A program made the position numbers and the translations under genes. This document shows, piece by piece, positions 15,620-28,515 of a DNA stretch of 64,000 bases. The stretch lies in contig NW_002060946.1 in the NCBI RefSeq assembly GCF_000150275.1, forward strand, positions 6,300,597 to 6,364,596, given 5' to 3'. The stretch is from Trichoplax adhaerens. Lineage: Eukaryota; Animalia; Placozoa. A model generated the notes under the pieces. That model had not been told where the DNA came from, did not search any database, and saw only the letters and a program-made list of their open reading frames with translations. How positions within the stretch are numbered: position 1 is the first letter of the stretch; every line of letters begins with the position of its first letter.

Positions 15620-16660
15620 TTTTTTTCTTTGCTTGTGCAGCGATGACTTGGCTGTTCAAAGTGACTGGTCAATTAGTCAGTCCTATCGGTACCGTACCGT
15701 TCCAGTCTAGTCCAGGCCGGGCTGTCGAGGCAGTTGTCGTCTTTTCTCTTGACTCGTGTCACAGTACAGTACTGTAGAGTACTGTACTGTACAACGAAAA
15801 GAAAAGGACTACAGTACAATGTACTGTAGTCGGCTGCCCGATCAGCTTTTCTTTTACAGTACAGACTGTACAGTACAGTACTTCTACAAGTTTGCAAGTC
15901 ATGACAATCAATAGGGTAGTGGAAAAACCGCTACAGTCATAACGACGAGATGGAGAATGGACGATGAATCAATGAATAGTGTACAGTATACTCCGTAGTC
16001 ATGATCAAAGATCGTGAACAAGGCGCCGATAGTGATCAGTGATACTGTATGCAAGGATGCACGACACTGGTAGACAGTGTTCATCTACAAAAGAAAATGC
16101 AAGCAGTCGGCAGCGAAATCACTATCCAAAATGATGTCACTGGTCAATGGCTACGGTAGCAGTCGTTGTACTGCACCGCCATTTAGATAGGACGTTCTTT
16201 CTCTACAGTATTTTCCAACGCTTTTGTGTTTTCGCTCGATACCACAGTACTGCACAGTAGGGCTCGTGACAGGATCTCGCTAATCAGCGGATCTGTCTAC
16301 AGTACTGTACTGTAGTATTGTTACTATGGCTGCCGAATGAATTTCAGAGAGACAGAGAGAACTTGCCCATTGTAATGATGGCGTTCTACATACTAATACT
16401 GCACAGTACTGTGTCTGAAGAGAGAGTCCGCCGCGGTAACTATTTGCTTTACTTTGCGTTGAATGTTGGGCTCCTCGACGCTGCACACGTCAAGAAACCA
16501 AACTCCAAAAATTCGAAACTCTTATTGGTATTGACGCACTCGTGCGAGTCATCAACCTTTCCGAATTGGCGAAACTTGGAAAGTTTTTATACTTCCATAA
16601 TAATTACTTCACTTATGGTTTTCTTGTACAGTGTACAGTCTACAGTACTGTAGCGTAATC
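15620..16660. promoter_or_regulatory. PSMC4 promoter, possibly bidirectional, with a dense TACAGTA/TACTGTA motif array
   Basis: Directly upstream of the PSMC4 ATG. Locally richer in GC and CpG than the flanks. More than ten clustered ACAGTAC/GTACTGT/TACAG units, including a perfect palindrome ACTACAGTACA-A-TGTACTGTAGT at ~15808-15830. Confidence 0.6.
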
Positions 16661-17090
16661 ATGGACAATGGGTCACTTTGTAACGAAAACCTTCAGAGTT
16701 TCGACCGGACTGCAGGACAGAGGAGCCTCATGGAATGTGTAGAGTATATGAACGGATAGTATAGAAATTCAAGCGCACGCAAATCACTGGCTGTCGTAGC
16801 CGTAGACTCCATCAACTTGACTATTTTATCCGTGCCCAATAAAATATCCAAACTTCTCCTTGACTCTAATTTGAACATCGATTTAATAATAATAAATAAA
16901 TAAATAAAACTGCTACTAACTGCTGGTCTATCTTTTATTCAATGCGTTAGGGTATTCTATTTGGATAATTACTCCTGATAAGCTCATCGACTTGTATAAT
17001 AAAGAGGTGAAAACCATCGAATTATTCAATCATTCAATATAGTATTTCTAACCACACCAACAAGGAATATGCAATCATTTATTTTAAAGA

Positions 17091-17300
17091 CTCAGAGAGT
17101 TACTAACGCAAAGCAAATAAACCGATAGCTCTATCGCATAGAAGAATAAAAATAACGATCCCTTTTTTACTCGATAAATAATTGTTAAATAGGAGAGATT
17201 TAGTAACGCAAAGAAAACAAAGCGATCGCTCTATCGCATAGAAGAATAAAAATAACAACAATCCCTTTTTTAGTCGATAAATAATTGTTAAATAAGAGAC
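17091..17300. repeat. Tandem ~105-bp duplication
   Basis: TAACGCAAAG...GCTCTATCGCATAGAAGAATAAAAATAAC...TCGATAAATAATTGTTAAATA occurs twice. Confidence 0.9.
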
Positions 17301-20300
17301 AAGAGCAAGCTAGAGAGTAAAATAAAGTACTAGTAATGGTCTTGATAAACGTCAATCTTCAATCAATGATGTTACAAACTAATCTGATGTAGATAGCCTT
17401 CATTTCATATTACATAAGATTGCAGGAGAGGGCATACAGTAAAGCGCATGGCGTTAGTTCAATTTGGGTATGCATTCTATCACCATGAACGATTTCCTTA
17501 TGACTACAAAAAATAAAATAAATACTTAACAGAGAATGACGTTCCATTCGGTCATTTCAATCTTTATGCATCGTAATGTGTTTGTGAGGCTGCGACTGAA
17601 TCACAGTGAGGAGAAAAAAATAAGATATGCAGTAAAGTTCTATTTTGAATTTTAAAGGTCATGAGTTCTTGTTTAACTTGTACGCTCATGATATTAACTA
17701 ATTATATAGAAGCATACAAATACAAGCTCTATAAAATATTTCTGCTGCTACTCAAATTAGATTGCAAATGCTGATAACTTTGTCATCGTATTCTATTTGC
17801 TCATCCTTCATTCAGTCAAGCTATTTAATTAATTTACAGTTAATGTATGAAACACATAATTAAATTAAATCCGGCTGTGCTCATAGTATATGCAATCTGA
17901 TCTCCTTATAGTACCATAACTACGACATTCTACTTCAATTGAAAAAGAATAAATGACTACTTATAAAGTTAATTCAAATGTTAATTCATAATTGTTAAAT
18001 ACGTATACTTATTAGCAACATATCTATTGAACACGAATTTTGTTCAATAAAACCATATCATATGCTTGTCTTTATCGCTCAATTTTAGTTACTCGTATGC
18101 CCTACCTAGATTAACACCTATTTTTTTAAATTATCAATGACTTTATTTTTTGTTAGTAGATACATGTATCAGAATTGAACGCTGCAAGTTTATATCGTAT
18201 AGCGATATCTTGACTATTTGTACCGATACCATAAATGAAGTATGAAACAGAATTTGTATCATTTGCTCATATCATTTAGTAATTTCGATACTAAAAATTA
18301 TTTATTTGAGGGCATGCAATTGAGTTAAATTGCTATCACGGTACGAACTACCGTGAAGAAATAGCCATCTAAATTTGGTTAATATAATATAGTGATAATA
18401 TATTACAACTAGTTACTTACAGTAGGAATTACTCTAATTATAAATGTGTTACAGTAAATTTAATGCTGTGCTGTAATGTGTACTGAAATGATTCAGTGAA
18501 TGGACATATTGTAGTCCGACTGTGAAAAATTAGTTAGCAGATGTTCTCACCTAAGTATTATTATAAGATGACTCGTGAATGTTAGCTGCTGTAGAAGGGT
18601 ATATAAGCCTGTCAGATAGTTGAATAAAGCAGTTCTCAATTGTCTAGTTGAGTTTAACGTAGAATCAAAGGCGTCTAAATTCTTGTGAGGTAGTTAAGGG
18701 ATACTGAATCCCGGAGACTATAGTAATTTAGAGATTTGTTTTACGTTATCCTTATCACGAAGCTGGTTTGTGACAATTGCATGCTCATTTTTTGATGCGG
18801 AAGGAACTATAAAAAGTAGATACATCCGGTCAATACTGTAGCTCCAATGGATTTAATACAATATGAGAAAAATAAATTCCCTTCAAAGCAAGATGATTAG
18901 TGAAAAAAGATTCGAAGAAATAATAACAGGGGGTCATGAGAATTGAAATTGGGATTTGAAAATATTCTACTGAATAGATGGTTATTCTGATCATAATCAC
19001 TATCAGGTGCCAGCTTATCAGACAGTGTTTGGGCAGATATAGAGGAATTAAAATATAAAAATGCATCATAATACAATTAAAAATTAGACTTCGTCACATT
19101 GGCAAATAGCATTGTCCGATAAAGTCTATAAGTCAGAGTTTGTGCATATAGAGATGCCAGTTATAGATATTTGGCTTTATAATCGTGTGAAACTGAATAT
19201 TAATTGCTACATCATCGGTAAAATGCCCTCCTCTCCCCTTTTTTAAGAATTATAATTATGTGCAATATTAGATGAAGAAGCAACCAATTCAATAGATATC
19301 AATCATTATCACCATCGCAATATTTATCATTGTCAATAAATTAGACGCAATTCATCTTGCTTAACATGATCAATCTAAAATTCTGTCAGTCGTATCATAT
19401 GAATGATATCGGTAGGTCATAATACCAAATTGCCATCATTAAAAAACTATCGTACATTCAATGTACTAAAATCCTAATTTACTCTACAAAAAAAATACTG
19501 GCTATTAATTTTATCTAAGCTACAAAAGTTGTAATTGAATTAGAAGTCAATTAAGATAACTTCTTGTTCGAAAAGGTACATCACCTAGCCATGGTGCTAA
19601 ACTAATACACGTATAGATACACCTACACAATTAATAATATCTTCCCTATTATAATTATTAATCATCTAGGTTTATGGAAGATATTTGTGTTGATAGTGTT
19701 CGCTTAGATCTCATGATAAACAACAAATCTTACAGGCGTTGAAAAGAATTTATCTCTATAAATGCCCATCAATCTCTGAAAATAGCTTTATCGTATTAGC
19801 CTAGAAATCGAATTGATAAATGCCATTTATAACAAGATCTTTGATACAAATCAAGATGATAATCAGCCCTTAATAAGAAATAGAATAATATTCTAAAACA
19901 ATCTTGCCCGTCATCCTCGAGCAGGTGCTACCAAGGATATATTATCATGAATACGATGATCTTACGTAAGCTTTCGATCTCTATTATAGTTGCTACTAAT
20001 AAAGCATTAAAATAACAAGTCATATACTTAATTAAAATTTCGAAGATAAGGAAGCCATTAAACTTAGTAATTGCAGGATATCTAGAGTAATCGTATTACA
20101 TGATAAAATTTACAAATGAAAAAAATAAGAATCAAGCTAAATAAAGTATAAAATTAACAACCGACTTCTTGGGAAGAGGTTAATTTTGATGAAAGATAAG
20201 AGATGGATAATAGTAATTAAAATGTAATCGCGAAAAGCATAATAAAGGTACGACTGTGATTGCATCATCAGTAGGTTATAATTAAGACTCTATAGTAAAA

Positions 20301-23300
20301 CATTAATGATAACATCTGCTTTGATAATTAATAAAAGAGTTATGAAACATTATTTACTTTATCCAACTTTTATAAAAGTGAAACGTACATGAGTTGTTAC
20401 TTATTTATTACGTTCATTATTTATAAAGCCTTTATAATCTTTAATTTGTGCTAATACTTATCACCATCTTCAAATTGACAACAAAACGCAATTTAAAATT
20501 TGATTTAGATTAAAACATCTTCTGTGTGCTAATCAAAAATAAAAATGAATCTATATTTTTTTATAATTGCTGATAACGTAGGATATCTCTTACTGACTAT
20601 CTAGTTAAAAAAGGGAGATATTCTATTGATAAAAATGCGATACGCTATTTATTCTAAGGTTTAACAATAACAAAGTTAAGAAACAATCCTTTTTCTTTCA
20701 ATATATATAAAAGGGGCCATTTCTTTGGATATCATTGACCATAGCAATATTTCTGCTACCATTTTAATTGAAACAAGAACAGCAATAAATCAATAAAATA
20801 ATACAAAGTCGATTAAATGAATCTATAATCGAAAATTAGCAAAATTCATGATAATAATATCAGCTATGTATTTATTATAGTAATATTAAATTAGGGAATC
20901 TTATAAGGTTAAAATAAGATTAAGTAGGGACCGAAGATTGAAACAAATTATATTTAATACCATTTCAATATTAAATTTTCACTCTACCAGATTCAGAGCT
21001 GACAATAGTATAAACGATGCCCTAGGATATTTTCAAATTGAGTTATACTTACATTCTAGTTAATTAAATGTTTAAGTAACGTTCAGCTTCTTTTTATCAA
21101 TGCCAATGCTTTTTTTAATAATTTGAATGTCTATCTATAATTAATTTAGCCTATAAAATTATAATAAATGAAAGATTTAATGTATCTGTAGCAGCAACGG
21201 TAGAAAGTCGAAGTAAGTAAAACTCATATTATAGTCATTGAGAATGCAAATGGCAAAGGCTAGATGAATGAGGTTGAATCAGCGAAAAAAATTGATATTA
21301 AATACGTCGAATTAGACGATAGAAACCAAAATATTGTAATAGAAGAGATTGTGCATCGACTATATTGTTGGTGATCTAGCTTTCAATTGAGTCTAAGTGA
21401 ATGGTACACGCTTGATTTGTATAGTTATTACTGACGGAATGAGAAACTGCAAGCTGATTAAAGTAGATAATAATGTCTTAAAAATCTATAAACGAAATTT
21501 TTTTAATAGAAAATAGATCGGCATTTGCTAATCGTGTAATGTGTATGTTAGGATATGTGATGTTGATCACACAATTCGGTAGGATGATCATTTTAATGTC
21601 GTCATTTTCCTATTAACTTTAAATACAATTATTATGTGCAATCAATTCACGAATTTGTTGATAGATAAAAAAAAAAGTTATAAAATGGAGATAATTACAA
21701 TGATAATTTAATTACTTTGTTATTTTAGCGTTAATATCACTTATTGAAAATGTATCATCCATGGAGGATGCTGAGAAAGGATGATAAGCTGGGTGACTTT
21801 TAGCAATAATGTGTCGAATGAATCATCATCTAGGAGGTATGTAAAAGGAAATTATAGTTACTTATCAATAGGCAGTAAAAATAATATAGTCATGTCATGG
21901 AATATTATTTTTTCAATATGGAAAATTGATTATAAAGTACAATAACCTACGACAGGTGCATTAATTTTAAACTTTTATTTCGCTTTTGTTGATATTGTAA
22001 AATAGGAAATAACTAAGGCTAATTCAGTTCCTTCTGGCAGTATCTATTATTCTAAATTAATATTTTAATTATGTCATGATTCCATAAATTCCTAGTTGGT
22101 ATTAAAATCAATAGGATAAATTGTCTTTTGACTAGACTTACACAAAGAATTAGATCCTATCAACGCACATCGACGATATTAAAGCGTATTATTATTTTAC
22201 TCTTGAAGACTATTATTATTACTGTCAACGAGCGATATCTTGATTACTGATTAAGCGAAACTGATTTAATTTAATATATAAAATTATTCATACCTCTATG
22301 ATAGGAGCAATAAATAATATGCCAACCAGTCAGTCAATCAATTCATTAAAAGAATTTTGAATAGTGGGTTAAGCTGAATTAAATTCAATAATATTACAAT
22401 CAATAGCATGGATGTATTTTATTGGATGTTAGCAACTGTTCACATAATGGTTATCAAAGGCTGAACAATATCGTATATTGTGATGCTGACTACTTTATGT
22501 TTAATAGCAACCAAAATTAGTAAGATTGCCCTTTACTTGTAAGTCTATTAAAACTTTCTTTTCGATGTTTGCGCACACTATACTCTTCAAGATGAACATA
22601 ATTTACTAGAGCAGTAGAGAAATTAATTTGAATTACCCTTTGTCAGTCGTATCAAAACCATTAATTTTCCTACACGGATATGATAATATGATAGGGGTAA
22701 GGAAGATGTTCTCATAGAATTTCTATTTGTCAAGACAGCATTATGTTTCTGCAGTATCAAGTTTATAGTAATTCTTAATCTTTCCTTGTTGATCATTTGA
22801 TCAATATATTTATCTTTTAATTTTTGCCTGTATTTCAAAGGCATAATTTTTCAATCGCCTATTTACTGAAATTATTTAAAATCCACAATTCAATAGATAA
22901 TCTATAGTAATATGATGGTCAATCGCGGTATAAATGGGTCGCTATTAATTCATTCGATTGATAGAGACTACAGTTTTAATTCATTGATTTGTGTTGTTCT
23001 TTCTTATTAAATTTCTTAAGGATAACTTGATATTGATTCTCTCATTATGCATGATTGAAATGTTATTCATAGGCTTGATTGCCTATACAATTTAGCAGCA
23101 ATAATAATAGGATGACTCGAGAAGAAAAAAAATTGTAGAAAGAAGGAAGAAATAGATCAAGGAAAATAAACTGAACTGTAAATTATAAATAATATATTAA
23201 AATTCAATAACTCAAACTAGTGCTCCATTGAATCGATCTTGTTTCTCATCAAATCATTGATTGGTTAGTTCAATCAATTTTGTAATGGACGATGATATTA

Positions 23301-26300
23301 ATCAAATGGGTTCATTGTATACTGTCCTCGATTTGAGCTACTCTATCTATTAAAATATTATCTATGCGATATGATGTTTTTTCCTTAGTATTATTGTCTT
23401 AAAAAGATCTTATCGACGTCAATTTCATGTTAAGAATACTATGATAATAGAGGGCACATCTTTTATATGCTGACGGCAATCCAAACATCATCGATGCTAT
23501 CCATTAATTTAATCATGTTTTTTAGATTGGAACAAGATACTCTTCAGTCATAGTCACTTTGAAGTAATGATGACAAAAGCAACTCATGCCCTCTTAGGGT
23601 ACAATAGATTCTCCATTTTAGACAAGTTTCTAACTATTTTTTTAAATTCATCTATTGATCCATCTAGGATGGATTCAAATTATATTGTCTTCAATTCAAC
23701 TGTTCTTCAAGACGTAACTTATTGTCTAATTCTCCAAATCATTGGCTGCTTGGTGTCGCTCTTTTGACTTAATATTTGTATACCACATGGTTTAAGGTAC
23801 AAAACAAGGACAAAAAATAAATTTAATCTCTCCACCCCTTTCCATCGTTACTATTTTCAATTGCGTTAATCATTTTATTAAATAGTGTCCTGTAACTTAT
23901 GACAACTACTTTTCTCCAACCTACTAATACCGTCGGATAGGTATTGATTTAGTTATTTGAATTTCATTCCAAATTAGTTGAGCTCTTCCTTTACTTATAA
24001 TATCCTATGACTGGATAATTTTCAAACATTTCCTACTTCTACTATCTCTCCTACAATTACTATATTGAACGATACGTAAGTAAAAAATTTTGCTATCATG
24101 TTTGTTATTTTTTTTAAGAAAATGATGTATTGGATTCTCATCTAATTTATTACGGCTTTAAAACGTGGCTGTTCAAGTCTATTTTGTCCTTGATAATTAT
24201 CTTGTTATTAAAAGCTAGGGCGATCAAGCTCATACTTAACTGAAGCCAAAACATAAAAACTTTTTTGTAGCATAGACCTCCTTGAGAGGCAACGTTCTTT
24301 CAATGACATTAGTTATTCTAGTTCTGGTCTTTTACTTTAGGACCAATATCTTTTATTACAACTTTGATCATAATCGATAAAACAACCTTCTTCGGTTTAG
24401 TAGATATATTATAAAATTTGCTATCTATGTAATTGCTATCTCTTTTTGTTTCAAAAATTTCTAACACGGCAGTGTTAATAACAAGAATCTTTGGACACGA
24501 CTATTTATGTCTATTTCGTATGTTAGTTATTATTCTATCCTACTTGATAAATTCCCATATTTTCTGTTATAATTTTGTCACGCCATGACTACTGTCATTA
24601 AAGTAAAATGATGATGATGGGTGTTAGTGGCCATATTAATAACAAATTTGATGGGCATGAGAATAGTAATTATCTGGTATGGTATTCGTTGATGTAAAAT
24701 AATTATCTAGTGAAATGATGGAGAGTTACTATGTGTTAAAATATTACAATGATGGAATTTTTTTCATCGACTGATTTTACGAAAACTCATATCAAAATGA
24801 ATTTGTCAAATAATTTGTAAGATTGCTAGCTCGGGATAGACACTTTTTAATTGCATTTTGAAATAATTTTATGCAGTACCCCCAGTGTAAATAAGTTGCT
24901 TTAGACTCTGTCTATAGCATGTGCTTACTAATATATCTGTTAGGCCGTAACATATCTGTCAATAACCAACAAATTTCCATCCAAGCCTAGAACTCAACGA
25001 AATTTGAATCATTCTTGCCAATATTAGAATCTGTCTAAAACTTTTAAAACTATGGCGTATCTACAGCAGTGGATCGATAGAGTTTAAGTTTTCGTGCTTA
25101 TAGACAATTATTTCTATTGATAGAACTAAAAAAGGGTTTTCATGTTAACAAGTTCGTCTATTTCTAAACCTCTTAGTTAGACATCTATCAATATTATTTT
25201 TAGTTTAATTCCAAATTCTTTGGTGTGAATTGTTGAATTATTACATGATTTTCATTAAGCTTATTCCTATTTATTAAGTCTACCGGCGTTTATTTCTAAA
25301 TCCATTCCCTATGTGATTTTAAAATTACCTTCGGTAGTAGATACGGACAAAAAATGAAGCCATTGGTTAAATTGTTGTCGCCTAATTAAATATCCATCTA
25401 GACTATAGTACATATATTATCCCGTGCAGGGCTATCCTAGAATACTTTGTAATGATCATTTAATGATATCGTAATACGGATATTTGTTGACTAGAACGAT
25501 GAAATAGATATAAAAATTAGGACTAAACTAAAATCTTTTCTGTATAACTCCCTGATGGATTCAGTCTTATTATGAAGGAGATTAAAAGTCTAAATGGTCA
25601 GACTATGGCACTCCATATTAAGAGACCTTAATTCCGAGGAAATCGCTATTTATCATAACCTCGGTTTTCACTTGGCGTATAACTTTAAATTTGTTATGAA
25701 GGAGAAAACTAAGTTGAAGACTGGTTGCATTTACATTTAAATTTTTTGCAATTGCGTTTCGTCCCATCACTCCTTGCCATCTTCGAGACAGCGGTATATA
25801 ACTGCGGTGTATAGCTGCGGTGTATAACATCGTGATTCTTGATCCATATTCCTACTTAAGATTATGCATATAATTGTTCTTGTACTATTTTCACGATTCT
25901 TAAGTTTTTGATAATATCTCGGTTCAGTACTGTAGTATAAACAATTATTTCAGATTAATATCGATATCGGTAATTTTTAGAAGCCAATCTATGATTGCTT
26001 ATAAATCATTTTCCAAAATTCTCTTTGTCTTAATAATGGTTCTTGATATCCTCCATTTCTCATAGTGAAACTGTTAAAGGAAGGAAGGTAGACATTTTCC
26101 ATATAAATTTGGATAACAGAAATTGAAATAGATTTCCAATCATGCATTAAATTCTCATCTGATGTACAATCTTAAGCTTAAGCACAACAGCACTTCACTT
26201 CGTGTAATTAGAGGAATCGTTGATATTTTAAGGAGCTAGTACGCTTATGGTAGTTCTTAATTAAATTAGAGTTTAATCTAGTGCCAAAGTAAAAGGTACC

Positions 26301-28205
26301 CGGGTACAGCACCACGATAAATTACAGACTTTCTTAAAAGAAATTTATCGGCAAGCATAGAGAGACTCTGGCTCTGTCTACCATTTATGAAGGATTATTT
26401 TACATATTGGACTGGCATGAAAGGTAGAAAATAATCCAACAAAATCAAAAATTATCTACTTTATTTGATTTTACTTGAGACTAAGTCCTATATAAGTATG
26501 ATCTAGTAAAAAACTTGAAATGGGGGCAATAAATCATCTAATTTCGTTGACAATCAAATTGTTCATACGTTAATAAATTATGAAATATTATCTAAGATTT
26601 TTTCCCTCTAGATCATTAACTATTTGAAAAATAGAATAAATTCTATATTACTTTATTCAAGTTAGAGTAATATAAATCGCTTTTAATAAGCCGTGTTATT
26701 TAACTGCGATAGATTAAAAGACGGAGACGTTATGACTCTGCCATATGGTTATATAACATATATATATATAACATAACATAACAAATATACTACATGATAC
26801 CAACTTTCAGAATTTTTAAAAATTTTCTGTTAAAGAAATTGCTTCATATCCTAAAGCGTGATTTTAGGAATTGACTTAAATTTTAGTATTATGATAGTAT
26901 TTGACCTTTCTTTATCTACTTTATTTAATAAATAATCCTATTCCTAAAAGCAGCTGCCTTGTTTTAGATTGAAGTTCTAATCTGGCTACAATTTTCTAAC
27001 ACCATAGAAATTGCTTTTGATTGGAGATTTAATGTCCCTGACATTGTTATAAAATTTATTTCAATAGTCAGGCAGTAATACACTTTGTTTAACCATCTAT
27101 AATGGCTAAATAGTGTCTAATTCACCATGGGCAATATTCCCCCTTCTGTCGTGAAAAGTACACGAATTAATCGAGTCATCGCTGTGTTGAAAGAGTAACG
27201 TAGCCCATTTAGTTTGTTGAGTAAAAATGAGATCAACTCTAAGGAAACACTATCCCATACTTACAGTTTGTTGAGTTATTCCTGTTTGTAATTAATATAT
27301 CCTGATATTAAAGTCAGATAATCCAGTTTTTACCTCATAAAGAAAACTTTCTCATTTCGAATATATTAATTCCGCGATGGCTCTGAATGATGATGACTTA
27401 TTTATGTTTAGTGTATTTGATATTGCACCATAGTAACACTCCGATTGTAATCGCTGATAAAATCATTTCTGGCCCGCGCTCTTTGATACTAATTTGACAA
27501 GGAGAACAAGCCTGCTATTAATTTGCTAGTAATTTGTTGGTTATATCTTAATCCAAACTTTACTGACAATTACCAATACTATCATAGACAGAGCATGAAT
27601 TAAAATGAAAGTTTATTCTAATTAATAAGGTGACAACAAACGGAATTGAATTGATTTTATAATAGTACTTGATTGTGAAATATAGCAATTAGAATTGGTA
27701 TTAGGGATATTGTAAGAACTGCGATCGGATCCATGAAAATTGACTCAGCGTACCTCTATAACAGTATTTCACTATTTTTTGCTAATAATTATTTCAACAG
27801 CAACGAAGATGTCTATTGATAATTTACTCTATCTTGGACATGAACACGAGAATTTCAATTTAATGATTGTTACTTATTTTCTAATAAATCTAATATTCTA
27901 AATTTCAGTCAAATCATCAATACATTCTAAAAGATAGACGATCAAATGAGAAGTCTTATACAAATTTTCTAATCTATCATCTTGTTGATATTAATAGCGA
28001 AATATCCAATTTGATGACAATGTCTATCATAATAGTGAAAGGAAACTTCTAAATAGTCATGCCATGGCCATCCTTAATGGCGGTGACAGTCATAATATCT
28101 TCAAATTGGACATACTTATAGAATATGCATCCTGATAGGTGCATATTCATTGATAGATGTCTGAAATAATTTATTTTCAAGTTCTCCTTTATGGCTTGCC
28201 TTCTG

Positions 28206-28515
28206 ATATTTCTATCAGTTTACAGTACACCGAGGCTGTATCTACGTTATTCTTCAACTAAATGAATTCAAGTCTAGAATGTCAAATCCGCAAGATGAAT
28301 GACGATAGCGATTATAGTTTTTCTTTCTTTTCATTTTCATGTGCATAATCATGATTGCATGATATTTCTATTAGTTTACACTACGACTGTGTCTACATTA
28401 TTCTTCTACTAAATGAATTCAAGTCCAGAACGCCAAATATGCATGATAAACAACGATATCGATTATTATTATTTTCTTTCTTTCCATTTATATGTGCATG
28501 ATTATGATTGTATAG
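28206..28515. repeat. Tandem ~155-bp duplication
   Basis: TATTTCTATYAGTTTACA...TTATTCTTC.ACTAAATGAATTCAAGTC...ATGTGCAT.AT.ATGATTG occurs twice. Confidence 0.85.

Noticed and set aside
15673-16653. ORFs 15673-15897, 16280-16486 and 16318-16653 as protein-coding genes
   Set aside because: Their YST/TVL/VQY repeats are just translations of the TACAGTA motif array.
15755-16655. CRISPR-like repeat-spacer reading of the motif clusters
   Set aside because: Repeats are variable 5-30-nt low-complexity units at irregular spacing; eukaryotic context; no cas genes.
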